DNA of 63,960 nt, the filler included, from Lentisphaeria bacterium (GTDB lineage Bacteria > Verrucomicrobiota > Lentisphaeria > JABSQK01 > JAWLHB01): the NCBI GenBank assembly GCA_041690595.1. It is 3 parts of 3 records of this genome, joined end to end, with 100 filler letters (N's around TTAATTAATTAA, not from the genome) between each part and the next. Parts side by side here need not be neighbours in the genome. Positions count along the whole stretch, not along the records: positions 56,071 to 63,960 come from JAWLHB010000087.1; 2 more parts are not named here. One strand, 5' to 3'. The translations under genes and the position numbers were made by a program. Shown here piece after piece: positions 60,217 to 63,960 of the stretch (positions are counted from its first letter, which is position 1; each line of letters opens with the position of its first letter). The notes below the pieces were generated by a model. The model did not search any database, was not told where the DNA came from, and was given only the letters and a program-made list of their open reading frames with translations.

Positions 60217-60447
60217 CTATTCGAGCGAGATCGCGAGCTCGGTCCTGCCTGTGGAGGTGTTTAGGCGCTCAGTGAAGACAATGGCTGGCTCGGCCGAACG
60301 TGGTCTTCGGCTTGGGGAAAGCGTATTGGCGACCACATCGCGAGGACCCGATACCATCGGCGCATCGTGGTCAAAGTGGCCGAACTTTCGTTCACCCACC
60401 TCGGCCGCAAGCTTATTCGCGTTTAGCGCTTCTTCTTTAGTAAGCAT
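60217..60447 (-). CDS. Small hypothetical protein heading the SIR2 operon
   Basis: ATG 60447 (alternative TTG 60516); stop 7 nt before the next start. Confidence 0.5.
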   Translation of the reverse strand: MLTKEEALNANKLAAEVGERKFGHFDHDAPMVSGPRDVVANTLSPSRRPRSAEPAIVFTERLNTSTGRTELAISLE

Positions 60448-60665
60448 GATTGAAGTCGCTGAGGAAAAGGCAATTTTGGGGCGCAGAATTATCCACGAGT
60501 TGCCCACTGTGGTCAAAGAGAAATTTTAGCACTGGTGCCTCCCTTCAGGGTTGACCGTAATGCGATCCAAACGCCAACGCAAGAGAAATGGCGCAGGACG
60601 ACGATGCGGTTCACTGGCTCAACCCGAGGCTGTAGGTAGCCAGCGTGGGGTCCCCATGAGATTCT

Positions 60666-60802
60666 TAACCTGCTGATTTATAAGGTAAAAATGCCTTTCT
60701 TAGAAATCGCGTCGTCTCGCGCCGAATCGAGCAGATTGTCGCAAAGTTCTCCGGCAATTCGATCGCATCTTTTCACGCCAGGAATGGGGTAACTCATTGA
60801 TA
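60666..60802 (-). promoter_or_regulatory. Two IHF-consensus sites (att-arm-like)
   Basis: AATCAGCAGGTTA (60678-60666) and TATCAATGAGTTA (60802-60790) match WATCARnnnnTTR. Confidence 0.55.
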
Positions 60803-60989
60803 TTTAAGGAGGTGGACCCCCGGCGTTTCTCGCGCTACACATTGTTGTGCATTGATGGAATAGCCGCAAGTAGGAACCTGAAAGTTGTGATTACCGGCCC
60901 GGAATTCGGGCGCGTCAAGGGAGGTCCGTGTGACTGGACGCTTGGCGCTGCCAATGCCAAATAGCGGCCTATCGGGTCGGGCCGTCCAG

Positions 60990-61020
60990 CTCCAGATCGC
61001 GAACTGGAGTTCGCTCCCAT
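60990..61020 (-). repeat. GTAG-type REP-like palindrome, copy 1
   Basis: ATGGGAGCGAACTCCAGTTCGCGATCTGGAG; 27/31 identical to 63835-63865. Confidence 0.7.
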
Positions 61021-61046
61021 TGCTCCGCTGGTCCCCTCCGCGGTGA

Positions 61047-62435
61047 TCAGAGCGATTGCAGGAATCTCACCAGATCGTCCTTGTCCTGCTCGGTGAGGCC
61101 GAGCGAGAAGTGGGCGTCGTAATGATCCACGACGTCGCCCAGGGTCGCGAACCGGCCGTCGTGGTAGTAGCCGCGGTCGCCGCGGGTCCACAGGCCGCGC
61201 AGCGGCGCCGTACGGTAACGCTCGTCCGGACTCCGCTCCGCCTGGAACACGTCGATGCCGACCTCGTCGGCGGTGTGCATGTTCCAGCCGGGTTCCGTGT
61301 AGAGTGGCGGCACGTGGCAGCGGGCACAGTCGGCCGCTCCGTTGAAGAGCGCTTCGCCGCGCTCGGAGGCGGCTTCGTCGACGAGGCCTCGTGGCGGCTT
61401 CGGCGGCTCGAGCGAGAGCTGATACAGGTGCAGCGGCCCGAGTTTTGGCGTCACTAGATCGGGATCGTTGCGCACGTCATGGAGGCCGGCCGCAGCCGCG
61501 ATCGGGAACTTCGCCGGGTCGCGCAGCCGATCGTCGACGAACACGCCCTGTCCGCCCATCTCGAGATTTGCGACGAATGCGTTCCAGTGCGTCACTGACC
61601 CCCAGCCGGTCCACGTGTGCAGGTTGACGCCCGCTAGACCGAAAATTGACGGGATCAAGGTCGCTGCCGGTGCGCCGTCCGGCTGAAACGCCTTGCCGTC
61701 GATCAGCAGGCTCGCGTCGAACTTGCCTGGACCCCAGCTCTGCAGCACGGTGCGCACGGTGGCCGCGTCGATGCCAGGAATCGCGAACGACAGCCGGTCG
61801 ACCAGGGGCTCGACGTTCGGTGCCGCGGCGATGATTGCGCCCACGTTCAGATCGCCGGCCGCCCAACCGTCGAGCCTGCGTCCGATGCCGGGCGCGAGCG
61901 AGTCGTCGACGGTGGAATGGCAGAGCGCACAGGTGATGCCGATCGAGGCGAGACGATCCTCCTCGAAGAAGCCTTTCACGCCGACGACCGCATCGAGTTG
62001 CAGCAGCGCGAGTGTGGTGGCGGGGTCGTCGAGGTCGACGCGCCCGCGCACGACCTGCGACTGCAGCTTCTGCGGCAGCGCCTGACGGTCGACCTTCAGG
62101 CCGAGCGACAGCGCGGTACGTGGGGAGACGCCCGATCCGACGCCGCCGTTCGCGGCGCCGGCGATCGCTTGGTGCAGCCGCAGCGCGTCACCCCAGAACA
62201 CCTCGTCACCGAAGGTGTCGTGGCGGAAGATCCGGCGGCCGAGGTTCAGCGTCTCGACGGCGTCGAGGGTCTGCTTCAGATCGTGCAGATTCGCGCGCGG
62301 GGGGTGGTCCCGATCGAGATCCGATCCCCGATGGCTCGGCCCTCGATCGCTGTCCGAGCCGCGATCGTGGCTCGCCGCGCCTAGCGGCAGCAGGCACAGG
62401 CCCTATGTCAGGACCAGCAGTGGACCAACGTTCAT
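61047..62435 (-). pseudogene. Di-heme c-type cytochrome (peroxidase-like) with an in-frame TAG at codon 11
   Basis: CALCH and CARCH; homologous-looking GRRIFRHDTFGDE lies upstream of the track start; ATG 62435 overlaps the sigma stop; TAG at 62405-62403. Confidence 0.75.
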
Positions 62436-63148
62436 TGCAGCTCTCCCTGTACGATGGCGGTCACCCGGGCCATGACTGTCGCGGTGAGGTGGTCACAGCG
62501 GGCGCCGGCGAATTCGTAGACGCGGTCACCGGCTGCGAAAAACTTGCGTTCCAGGTGCTGCCGCAGCAGGCGCTTCGCGCGGAACAGCCGGGTCTTCACG
62601 GTCTTTTCGTTCAACTCGAGTATCTCCGCGGTCTCGCGCACGCTCATGCCCTCGATCGAGCGCAGCACGAACACGACGCGAAACGGTGGCGGCAAGCGGT
62701 CAATCGCGGACTCGAGCACGCCCGCCAGACGCTCTGCGTGCAGGGCCCGGTCGGGCGCCGCATCATCCGGGTCGGCGGCATCTTCGATGATCGATTCCAT
62801 GGTGTCGGCCTCCGTCGGGGTTTCGCGGCGTCGCCTCCGGAGCTGCGAGAGCGCTTCGTTGCGGACGATCACGTACAGCCAGGTCGGGAACCCGTCCGGG
62901 CCGTTGAACGAGCCGAGGCTCGCAAAGGCGCGGACGTAAGATTCCTGGAGCACGTCCATGGCTTCCTGATCGTCGCCGACGATGCCGCGGGCGAGCCGGA
63001 ACAGGCGCTGGTTGTAGCGGCGCACCAGAATTGCAAACGCCTGGACGTCGCCGCCCAGGACCCTCTGCACGATTCCGATGTCGTCGGCGGCGGGCGTATC
63101 TCCGGACACTGCGGCGACCTCCCTGCTGTGGCTGTTGGCCGTATTCAT
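62432..63148 (-). CDS. ECF RNA polymerase sigma factor
   Basis: RRYNQRLFRLARGI, DVLQE, TWL..IVRN, ETAEILELNEKTVKTRLFRAK. Confidence 0.93.
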   Translation of the reverse strand: MNTANSHSREVAAVSGDTPAADDIGIVQRVLGGDVQAFAILVRRYNQRLFRLARGIVGDDQEAMDVLQESYVRAFASLGSFNGPDGFPTWLYVIVRNEALSQLRRRRRETPTEADTMESIIEDAADPDDAAPDRALHAERLAGVLESAIDRLPPPFRVVFVLRSIEGMSVRETAEILELNEKTVKTRLFRAKRLLRQHLERKFFAAGDRVYEFAGARCDHLTATVMARVTAIVQGELQ

Positions 63149-63156
63149 GGTCACAC

Positions 63157-63738
63157 CTACGAAAAAAACGCACCTGGCACCGGGTCGAGCCCGAGTGCAG
63201 TGCGTAGCACGGCCCAGTGCATTGCCTCGTCGGCGAGTATGCTGGCGGCCGCGAGCGAAAGCTGCCGATCGTCGAAGCGAGGGATCGCACCAGCGTACGC
63301 GCTGACCGCGCCCCGCTCCAGGCCCGCAGCAAATTCCAGCACGTCGCGCTCCTTCCGGAGCTTCTCGACCGGAAAGTCGTAGGATTTCTTCGCCTCGACC
63401 GGCTCGGCGCCGAGCTTGCGCAGCGCGCCAGCCAGCGCAGCCATGTGAGCTTGGTGGTGCGACTGGAACGCGAGCGCGGTCCTAGCGACTGCTGCGCTCA
63501 GAAGACCGGAGTCGGCGCCGAGCTGGTATGCGGCGACGGCTTCGTGCTCGGCCGCGACCGCGCTGTTCAGGATCTGGATGTCGGTCAGTCCCGCATCGGC
63601 CTTGTCGGACGCGAAGGCAGCCTTGGCACCGATGCCCGAGACCAGCGCGATGCCGCCGGCCGACAGCGTCGCACCGGCGGAAGCCCTCAGAAAGCGTCTC
63701 CGGGCATCCCGGAAGGCGGAGTGGAACAGGGTGGTCAT
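63157..63738 (-). CDS. Tat-exported ferritin-like domain protein
   Basis: ARRRFL Tat motif; AEHEAVAAY, HQAH, LERGAVSAY, DEAMH. Confidence 0.9.
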   Translation of the reverse strand: MTTLFHSAFRDARRRFLRASAGATLSAGGIALVSGIGAKAAFASDKADAGLTDIQILNSAVAAEHEAVAAYQLGADSGLLSAAVARTALAFQSHHQAHMAALAGALRKLGAEPVEAKKSYDFPVEKLRKERDVLEFAAGLERGAVSAYAGAIPRFDDRQLSLAAASILADEAMHWAVLRTALGLDPVPGAFFS

Positions 63739-63834
63739 GACGTGGCTCCGGCTGTTGAATGCACCGGAGAGATGAGCGGGAGGACCGAAAGGTTCCCAAA
63801 ATTTTCGCGGTGGGAGCGGGTTGGTTCTTTTGGT

Positions 63835-63865
63835 GTAGGAGCGAACTCCAACTCGCGATCTGGAG
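63835..63865 (+). repeat. GTAG-type REP-like palindrome, copy 2
   Basis: GTAGGAGCGAACTCCAACTCGCGATCTGGAG. Confidence 0.7.
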
Positions 63866-63960
63866 ATCCTGCGGTTCACCCTGACCGGCAGCGGCAGCGA
63901 AACGTCGGCGCACCTCAAAGACTTCGACCGTATAACTTTGGTGCGGTGTGCCGCTAGCGG

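Noticed and set aside
62403..62405. Pyrrolysine or amber recoding
   Set aside because: No pyl genes; TAG is used as a normal stop in neighbouring genes

Overview
The window is three contigs joined by artificial 100-nt linkers (N44-TTAATTAATTAA-N44 at 28482-28581 and 55971-56070), so adjacency across the linkers is not evidence of linkage. Contigs 1 and 2 look like a high-GC PVC-superphylum genome, probably Lentisphaerae (inferred from prepilin/H-X9-DG genes and GntR-LacI hybrid regulators). Contig 1 holds a carbohydrate-utilisation cluster (GH94, heparinase II/III-like protein, M14 deacylase, LamG protein, GH151-like protein, SGNH), coaX, xerC and tRNA-Ser(GCT), then a decayed GH42/prepilin segment ending at an IS66 end. 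Contig 2 starts with a REP-built, probably coding repeat array, followed by DUF1538/PII, clpSA, prmA, msbA-lptD, a Pro-rich Zn-ribbon protein, a tolQRA/exbBD-tonB module, an M20 peptidase and a truncated YD-repeat gene. Contig 3 starts with an IS21 end and carries a lower-GC, tightly coupled 4-gene operon (small ORF, 625-aa HExxH protein, 222-aa unknown, stand-alone SIR2) next to two IHF-consensus sites. This operon is the best candidate for an undescribed anti-phage system. A ferritin-like/ECF sigma/cytochrome c module flanked by REP copies follows it. All family calls come from motif recognition by eye; no searches were run.
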